NCBI GenBank assembly: GCA_018398765.1
Contig: JAHBMJ010000446.1
Coordinates: forward strand, 1-47,514
Origin: Chromera velia
Taxonomy: Eukaryota
Reading direction: 5' to 3'
Length of the DNA stretch: 47,514 bases
This document shows positions 11,961 through 23,782 of this stretch, one piece after another; position 1 is the first letter of the stretch; every line of letters begins with the position of its first letter. The position numbers were made by a program, and so were the translations under genes. The notes under the pieces were generated by a model. That model did not search any database and had not been told where the DNA came from. It saw only the letters and a list, made by a program, of their open reading frames with translations.

Positions 11961-13399
11961 GCCTACACTTCAAAAACACCAAATTTCGACGTAAGTTGAC
12001 CAAACGAAGCTTCAGGTTGCCGGACTAGCTCACAAAAATCTGTTTTTGTTCATATTTTATGTCATTTTAGGCTGAAAATCTACCATAACCTTCTAGAGTG
12101 CCCCCTCCTAGCCGCAATGCCTCCCATCTCCAGCCCACAACACACTCAGTGTGTTGCAGACATTACCTTTTCTACACATCTCCAGTTTATCTTCTCACCT
12201 CAGGCCCCCTGCTGCGCCAAGGCCGAAATCGCACGTAGCCTGCTTATAGATATGCAGCTCCGTGCTGCTTCACACACTCTTAACAGTCAGAAGCAAAAAT
12301 TACAGTCCTCTGTGAGCGGTGCCATACCAATGATCTGCATGGACGCCAGAAGATTCAGACACTGCGACGCGCAGTCGGAATAAGACAAGTACGATCACAC
12401 ATAATGTGGCCGCAAACAGCCGGGTTTTCTCTTTTTTCTTTCGACGCAAAGTCGATGGTTTGATGCAAAGTCAACACACTGCTTAGAACTCCTCATCGCT
12501 AAGATGTGCTTTCAGAGGGCATGGTTCGACGCGCAGTCGATACACTTCCTGTATACTGCTGGCTCAATGTGAAGTCAACACTCTCACTCTTCTGTTTGCT
12601 GTGTCAGCGTCATGTATACCAATGGAGACAAACAAAGTCAAAAGTCAGTCATATTTAGGCCCGGTGCACAGTAACTGTTCCTTTCTGTTTCCTTCACGAA
12701 GCAACAAGCCGTTTCTGGTGAATATCCAGACACTGTGAGCCTCACTGTGAGCGGCAAACAGTGGTGTCTATTCAACCATATCATCAATAACAGACTTTTT
12801 CTTTTCCTTTCACTCTTCCTTCCAACCTAGACAGACAGAGGGAAAGTAAAGATAACCGAGACAACACAAGACAGAGACAGCCACGCTGCATGCACTTATG
12901 AATCATTGGTTCACGTTTTGGTTATGAGCTACCAAAAATTTATTTATAGGCAAAAAGTCTTCTTTTCAGGGGCAAAACCCCCCCTAAAACCACACTAAAC
13001 CCGCCTTTAAAAACCATAAAATTCACTTTTCAAACACGTTCTACCAAAAATTCAGGAGTGCGTGCAGCGCGGAGACAGCAAGAGAAGCAACACACCAACA
13101 TTCGCCCTACAGACATCCCGGCCGAAGTCATCAGCCCCCAGGCGGCCGTTCCCATGCAGGCACTGGAGACATACAGCCTCTCCTTTCTCTGCCCCACTAT
13201 CATTCCCTCATATAATCACTTCTCTTCTTCGCGACATTGCGGCCTCTTCTCTTTTGTGCTTGTATCTCTTCTCTTCGGTAATGACCTCAAAATCTCTACC
13301 TATTAGTTTCCTCACTTCTTTCTGTCCCCCTCTCTCCTTCTTTCATTCTTCTTTTCTTCCTTCTTTCCCTCCATTCTAATTAATTACCTGGATCCCCAG

Positions 13400-14381
13400 C
13401 ATGCTGTCTAAACCTGCCTGGGGCGCCTGGGGTACCCCAGATATGCCGCAAATGGCCCGCCAGGGCCGCCTGCCAGTGGGGCGACCCCAGGTGGTTTTGC
13501 CTAAGTTTATATAGAGCTGCGCCCCAGGCAGTTGTTGAGAATTGCCTGGGGCGAAGAATCTAAGAGGGAAGAGGTAGAGGAACGGAGAGAGGTGTTTGAC
13601 CTCCCTGAACCTAACTACCACTTAAAAGTTCATGCCGCATTTTTGAATAAGCTTGAAAGTCTGCGCCGCAGGCGTGGATCATTTATGGTGTCTTGAAAGC
13701 CAAAGCCGCATATCTGGATGGTGTCTTAACCATCTACGCCACAGGCATGGACGGTCTCTTAAAAAAAGATGCCGTAGATAGAGATAATCTTGATTATATT
13801 TTTTTAAGTGGCACTTAGGTTCAGGGAGGTTAGGTGTTTCACATGGAGGACATAACAGAAGAACAGACCATAGCTGAAGAGAACCGCCACAGAATATTCA
13901 GACAGATAATTCATGCCTGTGTCCCTCACCATCATGATGAGGCAGAAGATTTCGAGCTTGTCTGGGAGGTGCCAATATAAGTAAACAAAAAGTAACACAT
14001 AGAACTTTGCATTGTTTATAAACTTATCGCAGAGTAGAAATTTACTCTGGAAAATTATTCAGAAAATTTGATTTAATTCTTTTCTATAAAATAATATCTA
14101 GAATTATATAAAAATTTTGATTTATTAATTCAATTTGAAGCATTGTAAATGAATTTTTAAAGTTGCATTCAGATACTAAATCCTAGAATAAAGGCATTTT
14201 TAAACTTTTTTGAACGTTTTTTACGCTATACAGAGAATGCAGAAAGATTTCTTGACTGCTTGGGGTGCCGCAGGCGGTCCGTAAGGACCGCTTGGGGAAG
14301 GTCATACATAAGACCCCAGGTGGCCCATCAAGGCCGCCTGGGGTCAGCGCAGGCAGTCATTCTGAAGGTTTAGACAGCATG
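13400..14381. mobile_element. Non-autonomous hAT-type DNA transposon (982 bp)
   Basis: Perfect 16-bp TIR CATGCTGTCTAAACCT (13400-13415 / 14366-14381) and perfect 8-bp TSD ATCCCCAG (13392-13399, 14382-14389). GC-rich subterminal CCTGGGG/CCCCAGG repeats, AT-rich core, no transposase ORF. Confidence 0.92.
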
Positions 14382-15245
14382 ATCCCCAGGATGTATTCCT
14401 ATCTGGAGAAGTAAGACAGTCAGGATATAGAGAAACACTGCAGGAGAACTAAGCACCCAAAGCCAACGTCATCTCAACACAGACTCTCCTTCACCTCTCA
14501 CACCCACTGAGTCTCCTTCCTCCCCCCGGCTGAAAACAAATTTCCCAAATTCAACCCTCAACCAAAAGAAAACGATCCAGGAGTTCACTGACTTGGAGAT
14601 GTGCAGCAGCCGCGGTGCCCCCATGGCACTACCTAGGGTACTACTGAGCGTTTAGAAACGCGGCACATCTGGTTGCGAGCGAAGACAAAGACCACACACC
14701 TCTAGGCGACCACCACAACCAAACCTCCACTCCGCAAGATGCTCTTCCTCCTTCCATCCCAAACCTCTCACAGAGCAAAACAACCAATTATAAATATAGC
14801 GTGGCGGCATACAAGAGTGTTGGTGGAGGCGAGTTGTGCCGATTGTGTACCATTTTTGGTCGTCAACACGCTACTGAGATGCTACTGAGGCCAATGACAA
14901 TCCGTTTTTCCAGTTTTATCATTTAAAACAGCATGGCTGCCCTTTAATGTCTTACTTAAACCATACATAACTTAATTTACAACACGTAAATGACTGTCAA
15001 ACCTAGTTAGACCGTGTAAATAAACGAATAAATAACTCAAAATGCTTTAAAAAATGCTTATTATCGTAAATAGATTTTTTAAATTATGGTTTTGAATTAT
15101 ATTTTGTCTCTACAGCCTTTACCAAACTTTTTACCAGTGGTCGGCCACTCTACCGGTAATTACCGGTTGACCGGTAATCAACTCGCTTTACCACCGGAAA
15201 AAGCGGCAACCCTGGTTTTGACTGCCTTGATGATATAATTGTCTG

Positions 15246-17107
15246 CTATGAAGATGCCTGTTGAAAGCATAAGCTTAGGTTCTCCATCACCGGCCACAGC
15301 TGGTTGTAGAGTCCCCTAGTCAGAAAGAGAAGTGCCTGCATAACTTGCTCCTCTACCCTCTCACACTTTTGCCTGGCTTCGAGTTCGCTTTCTAGGTTTC
15401 CATCCTCAAATGGACCTCCGACAGCTGCCATCAAGAAAGCGATGCCCGTCGCTTTGTAGAGAATGTTAGGGTCCACGCAGATCTTCTCAGCCAGGCAGTA
15501 GTTTAGGAGAAAAATGGGGAGCCACAGATCCCCCCCCTATGCGAGGTTGGAACTCTGTCACCCCACAATAGGTCGGTCAAAGGCAAACCTCAGAGTCGAT
15601 GAGCAGATCGACAGAGTCGAAGTCATTATCATCGTCTGCGTCGTTGTTTTCGGAATCGGCTTTCCTCTTCAACCCTCCCCTTTCCTCTTCTGCTGCTGGG
15701 CACAGAGAGTCGGACGCTGACTCCGAATTTCCCAATGCAGCAGCTGCAGCGGCCGCAGGGGTAGATGCAGCAGCAGCGGCAGGGGCAGATGCAGCAGCAG
15801 CGACAGGGGTAAGAGGAAGGGAAGAGGAGGAGGAGGAAGAAGAAGCGGAAGAACCTTGGAGTCCATCTGTCTCCCTATCCTCCTCTCCTCCCTTTACTGC
15901 GGCGTTTGTCACGAACTCCAACTTTTCTTCCCTCCTTCTTCCTAACAAGACAGCAACACAGTCAATCCAGCTGCGAGGGATCCTGTTACCCTCCTTCTTT
16001 CTTCCCCCCCCCCCACCTGTTTCCTTGTATGCAAGCTTCTGGAGCCGTCGACGGTTTTGCTCTCTCTCTTCCTCCTCCTCTCTCCCCCCAATCGCGGGCA
16101 CCCGTTCTCCTTTCTCTGCCGACCCCTCCCCTGGTGTTGTTGTTGCTGCTGCTGCTGCGACTGTGATGTGCTCATGCGCGCCCCTCCAAGGTCTGCAACT
16201 CTCCGCCGTGACTGCAATCTGCTCTGAAGGCACTCACTGCGCCTGCAGCAACAATCGGAGGACGCGGATGTGTCTGTTTAAAAGGGAAAAGACATGTCAG
16301 ACATCGTCTGAGCACACCTTGCACAGTTCGCAACAGAAGGTGGTGAACTCCTGACACCCAAAATCCCAAGTATCCTGAAATGCAAACCCACCCAAAATCT
16401 TTGTGGAGGGCGGAACGTCCTGGTGCCAAGCAATGGTGTTTGCCGTGTAGGTCTGGTCTAGAGTAAGAAGTCGGGAAGAGCCGTCTTCCTCTTGAACGAT
16501 GAAAGTGACCTGCACAGGGACAACAACGAGTGAACATATGAGTGAGACCCGAGCAAGATCCTGCGATTGCAATGATCTGGCTCAGACAGACCTGTGGGGA
16601 CAGTTTCGTTGGGGACCAATCTGTCTGAGCAACCTTTCTGTGACGCCATTCCTTCTCCTGCGCAGTCCTTTGCTCCACAGCCGAGACGTTGGAGCTCCAA
16701 AAATTGTCTTCAAGTAACAGTTGCTCCAATTCTTTGAGGCTGAAGCCGGAGGTGACAGAAGGACATTGAATGAAATCAGAATCAACTTCAAGAGTATATC
16801 CACGACCACCTTCCCCGGCGGCTTCAAGAGGTTCCCCCAGAAGCCGGGCAGTTTGTCCAAGTCCTCCTCCATACCGATCAGACGTGCAACAGCTTCACAA
16901 TATCATTTGTCTGAAGTATTGCTCGCCGGGAATTTAATTCAGAACGCAGTTTTCGGCATACAAGAAGGGGCCTCTCCCCTTTTTGAACGCATCTAGACAG
17001 TGTCCGGCAACAATTGGGAGAGTCTTGACGGTCTGCGGTTGTCAGGGACACCAGACAACCTTCACAAATGGCGGTCGATCTTGGGAGTCAAGTTGGGAGG
17101 CCGCCAT
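15246..17107 (-). pseudogene. Intronless decayed gene of unknown family (~600 codons)
   Basis: Protein-like reading from ATG 17107 (MAASQLDSQDRPPFVKVVWCP*QPQTV...) to ...LCFQQASS* at 15246. It is interrupted by TGA (17042, 16903, 16582, 16297, 16234, 15577), TAA (16934) and at least two frameshifts (~16910 and the G8 run at 15530-15537). The true frame around 16560-16740 is ambiguous. Confidence 0.6.
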
Positions 17108-17728
17108 ACAAACTATAGCTGCTCCGTTAAGGCCGGGATACACCCTGAATTTAACTCGATCCCGCATAGCTCAAAATTGGCTCAGAAAAGCTTCAAAACC
17201 ACCATGGCCCCGGAAAGTGTCAGAGGCGCTGGGGGGGCGCTTACACCAAACGCGACACAGCGCATGCATGCATCTTTAATTCCGCCTTCAAGAAACTTAT
17301 ATTAATATTAATAATTGCGTGCGTCAACCACTGACAATTAAGATCAATTAAGCTACAGGTTGTAATTTTTCTTGCTTTCCGGGGCCGTTCGCAAGCTGGC
17401 TTGCGTCAGATGCATGCAGTGCACTTACCATGCATGCAAGAGAATTGAGGCGGATTTGAGGCGGGATCGAACATGGATCGAACGGCCGGCGTGGGAACGG
17501 CACAGAAGAAGAGATGTTAATGCATTGCAAGCAGTATATATTCATCGCAGTGTCTTGATCGTCGCGCGTTCCCAGAAGAAAGTCTCAAAGCCAGAACGGA
17601 GGACTGACTTTGTCTCTGCAAATCTTCCAAACTGTTGCAGTGAGCGGGAAATTAAGATCTCTCCTCTTTTGAAAGGGACAACCTCATCTGTATAATCTGG
17701 CAGAGAAACAAACATCCTTCAGGAGGAA

Positions 17729-19705
17729 TTGGAAACTGACACTCTGCTGACTGATTGTTTTGCGCTGGGTTCCGAGCCCTCTTCTTGGTTCTGCTTCTGT
17801 GCCTTGTGTGTTGTGTGTGTGAGCGAGGTGGTGCGATGGCCCGCCTCGCAGAAGGAAACCTGTTGGGGAGCTGGAGCGGCTCCAGTACAATTCGAACGAG
17901 GACTAGAAATACGGGGACAGGGAATGCTACCTCCGGGCGTCGATGCCTCGGTAAGGATATATCGTGCACAAAAGAGAGAAGGCAACTGGATTTTTCCCGC
18001 CCCTCAGCAAGTCAGGGCCTCCTCCGCTCCCCTGCAAGCCTCGGTGGAGATACCCTGAGCTCTTCTTTGTGAGGTGTTGTTCTCCAGATCAATGCTTTTG
18101 TCTTTTACCGCCCACTTCCGCTTGCTTTCGCCTTCTCAGGTTCGTTCCCAACCCCCTTCATGAATCAATGAAGCGATAGATGGGGAGAGAGAATGCCTCC
18201 GTGGTAACATGCGTGCAGACATGTGCAGACCGTTTTCAGCGCTTTGACACGGGCAGAAGAAGGAAGCTGTGCTTCTTTCACGAGCTGCTGGACCTCAAAC
18301 TTCTTTCCGATTCCGAGCCTCGAAGGACGAGGGCAGGCCTTGGACTTTGATAGGGGGCCGTCGGGACGAGCAATATCTTGATAGACACCATGCGATACGT
18401 CAACGGATCACACATCCGACCAGCGGCCGCACGGGAGAGTCTGAAAGGGATCTCGAGGGGAAAGGAGGAAAGGTCAGCTTCGGCTCCCTAGCTCTGTGTC
18501 CTGTCTGTCTCTCGTCTGCCTGTGTGTCTGTCTCTCTGTCTCCCTCTCTGCCTGCCTCTCTAACTGGCTGACTGATTGACTGACTGAATGTGCAACCTGG
18601 TTCACACACTTTGCGTCCTGTCTTTCTCTCCCGAGTTGGAGCCTAACAGATAGGCAGGACTTGCAGCGAAGCAGATAGGTGTAAGTGCACAGCAGGGAGT
18701 CAATGAAGACCAGTCCCAGACTAGAGACTGCACGTCGATGTGCATCGTCTGTGAGCATGCATCTGCTGCTCGCATGGACAAAAGTTTGCTGTATGGCAGA
18801 CCGTTGCTGTTTTCCTAGCTAATTCGGTAGCTCGTACACCGGTAAGGAACAGCAAGTCCTTAAGAGGTTGCTCACGGCATGCAGAGGCCGTAGAAAGGGG
18901 ATTCCCCTGAGAATAGACACGCAGGCGGCGAGTGAGACAGTAGATCAGTTAGGTGTAGTGAGAAGGGGGGAAGGGGGGGGAGGGTTCTGTATTCCCTTTT
19001 CTGCGCGTCACCTCTCTGAGTCGCTCTGAGTCGATGCTGAGTGCGTCTGCGTGTGCCGATCGATGATTCCACCTCCCTCCCCTGCCCCCCTTCCTGCAAG
19101 CCATCCGGGGCTGAATGACCTGAGGTGAGGAGAGGCCTGCATGGAGGAGGCCCGCACGGCTTTCGACGAAAGACACTGAGTGGCCAGACATTTGGTGCAT
19201 CGCCGGAGGGAGGAATGGGGCTTCTTCCTTCTTCTGATCCGGTCCGATGCAAAGGCCTGAAACCTCTCTCTGATCTCGGGCGGATTCACTTAATTGGTGT
19301 GCGGAGTAGGGTGTCGCGGGATGTATGCGTTGTACAGGTGGGTGCTCCTCTCTTCAGCTTCCTTCACCGTCTGTCGGGCTTGCTGCCTATCCATTGGCAT
19401 TTTCCTGCTACAGTGTGTGCACGTCTTCCATCGTGCTTGTCTGCCTGCAAACCCGCCTTGCTGTCTGCTTGGTTGGCTGGCATGCTTGCGTGATTTGCAT
19501 CCATCTTTTCTTGCTTTTGTTTCCTTCCTTCATTGAGTGCTTTTCGGAATCCTCTCTCGCTCCCTTCCTTCTGCTTTGATGTTTCTTGCAAAGACCATTT
19601 TCTTTGGGATCGAGTCCATCCAGGGTCCCCACAAAAGAGTTAGAGAGCCTTGCTGTCCACCCTCCTGGTCTGCACGTGCGTCCGTGAGTGTGTATGTTTG
19701 TGTTT

Positions 19706-19746
<41 letters not shown>

Positions 19747-20066
19747 AGCAGAGGGGTCCAATTTTGATGGAGGATGATCCGCTGAAGGACGGGACTCCGA
19801 GCCGGAAGACAAAAATCGCGACAAGCACCAGCATGAGGCGGAGAGGGAGGGGAAAACAAAAAAAGAACATCACAAGCTTGGATTGGAGGCCGAGTTGGGT
19901 GAAAGCATGCATGGTACCTCTTCTCCTCGACTCGCATCCTGACAGGGCCCCTGTTTTCTTAACTAAGTTAACTCGATCGGCATGCCTTCTGGGGAGGGTT
20001 TGCAAAATTCGTTGTGTGCATTGCTGCTGTGACAGTGGAGCATCCAGCCCTAGACCCAGCCTTTGA
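17729..20066 (+). other. Possible multi-exon gene or gene remnant, unresolved
   Basis: GC-rich exon-like blocks (~17860-18010, 18240-18470, 19100-19296, 19752-20066) are separated by intron-like repeats, with a (TG)n...gcag acceptor at 19751. No consistent spliced ORF or recognisable domain could be built. Confidence 0.25.
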
Positions 20067-20123
20067 CATTCAGACGAGTAAATCGAAAAGTCGCAAGTCT
20101 TCCGTTGGACAAATGGTTGTCGT

Positions 20124-20320
20124 CGGTTGAGCTGGGCGGGCAATAACCAGCATGCAGCCCTGGTATTGCATATATCGCTAACACTAGCTAACACGACAAA
20201 AGGCTAAAGCGCGGCATGAAACTCTAGATAGTCCTCTACCGTCATAGTACCATCAATGTGGTCCATCATCACTATAATGACACTGCCATTGATTAATTAA
20301 TTGATTGATTGATTGATTCA
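20124..20320 (-). repeat. Dispersed repeat, copy B (inverted relative to 10300-10540)
   Basis: See copy A; followed by (GATT)n, the complement of the (AATC)n in copy A. Confidence 0.85.
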
Positions 20321-22117
20321 ATTAAAAAAATTGAATTCTAGATTGAATTAGTGATTTAATGATCGTGTTCAGGATTATATATGGTTGATTCATTGATTTC
20401 AAAAAATACATGTAAACTTGAAGCATTTTGGATGCAAAATGTCTTAAAGATTAATTTTTTGATGATTTGTTTTTTAGTTGACGCCTAGTTTAACGCCCAG
20501 CTTTTTTATGTTATGTGATTGGTTTACTACTAGGTTTACTAAGATTAACTAAGATCACATCATAGCATAGGAAGTTACTACTAGTAATGGAATAAATATC
20601 AAGCATTTAATGAGAGCTTAATGGTGATAATGATGATGATGATGATGATTGAGGGTTAAATCCTAGATCTAGTGACGCCAGATCCCAAGCCACTAACAAG
20701 GCTTTGAGGACAACCCAGAACACACATTCATATGGGGGGGGATGAGGAAGCTTGCATACCAATCGGATCGATTCGCCTTAAGGCACACCACATCTACGGA
20801 GGCGTATGGAGACATAAGTACTCGGTACACGCGCACACCACATTCATACATTAAATTCTGAAACAATCCGAAAAGAGAGTAAAGGCAAGGATGGATGAGA
20901 GGTGATGGTAAGTTTAATTGATGCTAAATTTCAAATCCAGTGAACACATCAGTCAGACCTGTAAGTTTTAACAGCGGCAGCGAATCTAACATGCCTTTAA
21001 ACTGCTTTAAAGTTAATGTTACTAGCTGTGCCAGTGCAGTGTGCAAACACATTCATGCAGACGTCTACTGTGCTAAACATTGCCTTTACATTATGAATGC
21101 CAACACACACTGCATTGAAGTTAAGTCTAAGATTGAAGTCCGATAACGAACGGACGCAAAGATGACCATGCTCAGTCTTTCAGCAAAACAGGCTTCGGCT
21201 TGGCGAGATTACAAGTAACATGAACACATACACGGAATCAATTGACGCGTCACACGCACACAGTTTCTCCGTTCTTCCTGTCACAAATTGTCAGTCGAGA
21301 GATCCCCCTTTTCATTCCCTTTGTGTCTCTTAAAATTTCTCTTCGTGTCTCCGGAAGCCGATCGATATCCCAGATCTTGGAGTCAAACTCGGAGTACCAC
21401 GTGCATGTCTCCTGTCTGTCTGTCCTTCCATCACGTCCGTGCTGTACAATGAAGGACCGTCCAGAATCGCAGTAGACGAGTTAACCTCCCTCTGACTGAG
21501 TCAACACGTGAGCGAGGAGTCTTGTAGTGATCCGGTGCCTTGGAAGAGCCCCACTAAGGGGCAAATGTCGTGCCACGAGAAGAGAAAGCTTGGGGCTGGG
21601 CATGCAGTCACAAAAAACGGGGCTCTTTGAACCATTGATCGCATCGCGTGATTCTTGAGAAAAAAGTGTTTCTTATCTTTGCTTCCTTTTCAATCGGGAT
21701 GCACTGCACAGACGCATACCTCACACTCATACACGCAGATGCAGACGGACGGAAAGACGCATGAACAACACTGTGTGTGTACAGAACACATCGACAGGCA
21801 CACTCGATCATGCACAGATTCATTCATTCATTCACTCATTCTCCATTCATCCAAGTCGCCTATGAGGTAACACAGGTGACTTCACACTCCTGATACAATC
21901 CCCTCATGAGGCAACCTACTCACGATTCGAACGAGAGAACCGCCGTCCACAACGATCGATTGAAGAAAAAAAAGAAAGAACTAAGCCTCACGTCAACCTG
22001 CCGATCGCGCAATCAGTCCCTGTCAGACAAGACAAGACAAAACGATGCAGAAGGAGCAAGGCTCCTCATGGTTGTTTGAAACGAAGAAAAATAAAAATTA
22101 ACAAGCAGGTGCACGCC

Positions 22118-22347
22118 TCAAACGATATCAAGGGCCTCTATGGCTGTGTCTGTGCCGAGGAGGAACAGACGGTCTGCAGGTCCCACCACTGCCTCATCGT
22201 GAGGGCAGCAGACTACGTAGGGAATCCCCAGAGGAAGAGGCGTCCCGCAGTCGCTGGTGAACACCGGCCTGATTGGAGGGAGGGAGGGAGAGAGTGAACG
22301 AATAAGAGTGAATTCTCAAGCTGAACAACCTGGAGAGTTCACACACA

Positions 22348-22378
<31 letters not shown>

Positions 22379-23336
22379 GCGCACGCACATAGAGAGGTAA
22401 AGATAGGTAAACAGATGATTGCTGCTTACCTTGAAAAAAGAAAAACAAAGTGTGTGCAGCAAACGCGGCAACGCAAGGTCTGCCCACCACAACCAAAGCA
22501 CGGCGAAGATACAGGCAGAATGAGCGACTGACTGACTGACTGACCGTCTTCGCACACCGATAAGCACGACGTCTCTCTCCGCCAGTCTTCTGAAGGCTTC
22601 CCTGAAGCCCGTTCCATGGAGACGCATAGGTTCCTGGAATGCCTCCATGCGGGCTGCTCTTCCAGGTTCCCCCTCTTGATCGCTGTCCTCCCCCTCTCCC
22701 TCCATTCGGGATGAGGACATCATACGACCGTACCTGTTTCGGTTGGTGGTGGGGAAGCGGGGTCTGGAGAGAGCTGGCGGCACCTGCGACCCTCTCCTCC
22801 CTGGGAGAGTCACCGTCTTTGCCTCTCTCGAGAGACGCACAGACGCCTGCATGCACGCATCACCCACATTCACATCAACGTGCTTGCACGCATCACCCAC
22901 ATTCACATCAACGTACAAACAGACATACGGGTCCACCCATCGAGAGAGAGGGAGTGACCGAGGAGACAGCGACAGAAAAGCGTTCACGGACCGATGACAA
23001 GGACGAACAAAAGCCTTCACTTCTGTTTACACTTGGTTTGTGCGAATAGCAGACGGAGAAGCGGAACAGAAGGAGCAGAGGGAGACGGGCAACAAACCGT
23101 TGGGCACATGAGTACAGACACACCATCGGAAAAGAGCCAGGGGGTGCACTACAAAGATAAGAGAGAGCGAAACAAACCTCATCCTTCCCGAGGGCAGCAC
23201 CCAAAAAAGAAAAACAAACGAACAAGGACGGACAGACAGACAAACACACTATATCGTCTTTTGTATTCCTTTTTCTCTTTCTTCATTCTCTTCTACAAGA
23301 GACAGAAAGAAAAGAAAGAAAGAAAGAAAGAAAGAC

Positions 23337-23371
<35 letters not shown>

Positions 23372-23745
23372 AAAAAAAAGCAAGAAGGAATGAAAGAAAA
23401 CAAGTAAGCAAGAAAAAAAGAAAGCAAGAAAGAATGAAGGACAGAAAGAAAGAAAGAAAGAAAGCAAGCGAGCAAGCAAGGAAGCAAGAAAAAAAAAGCA
23501 AGAAAGACTGAAAGACAGAAAGAGAGGAAGAAAGAAATTAAAGAAAAAAACCAAATGCAGGAAAACCAACCCTCTCCCTCGAGCGACCTCCCCACACAAG
23601 TGCAGCGACAGCGGATGCCCCTGCATGCATGCATGCATTCAGTCATCATCACAAGTTTTGAAGAAGTCTAGCATACACACGTGACCATTCCATCTTCAAT
23701 CACCACACAATTCCACGACACCAGCAAAGGAAGAAAGAAACAAAC

Positions 23746-23782
<37 letters not shown>

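Noticed and set aside
12365..12578. CRISPR-like repeat-spacer array
   Set aside because: Repeats are only ~15 bp, spacing is irregular (about 4-65 bp), there are no cas genes and the context is eukaryotic.
15577..17044. TGA recoding or selenoprotein explanation for the run of in-frame TGAs
   Set aside because: A TAA and frameshifts also interrupt the reading, and neighbouring genes use TGA as a true stop; C>T decay is simpler.
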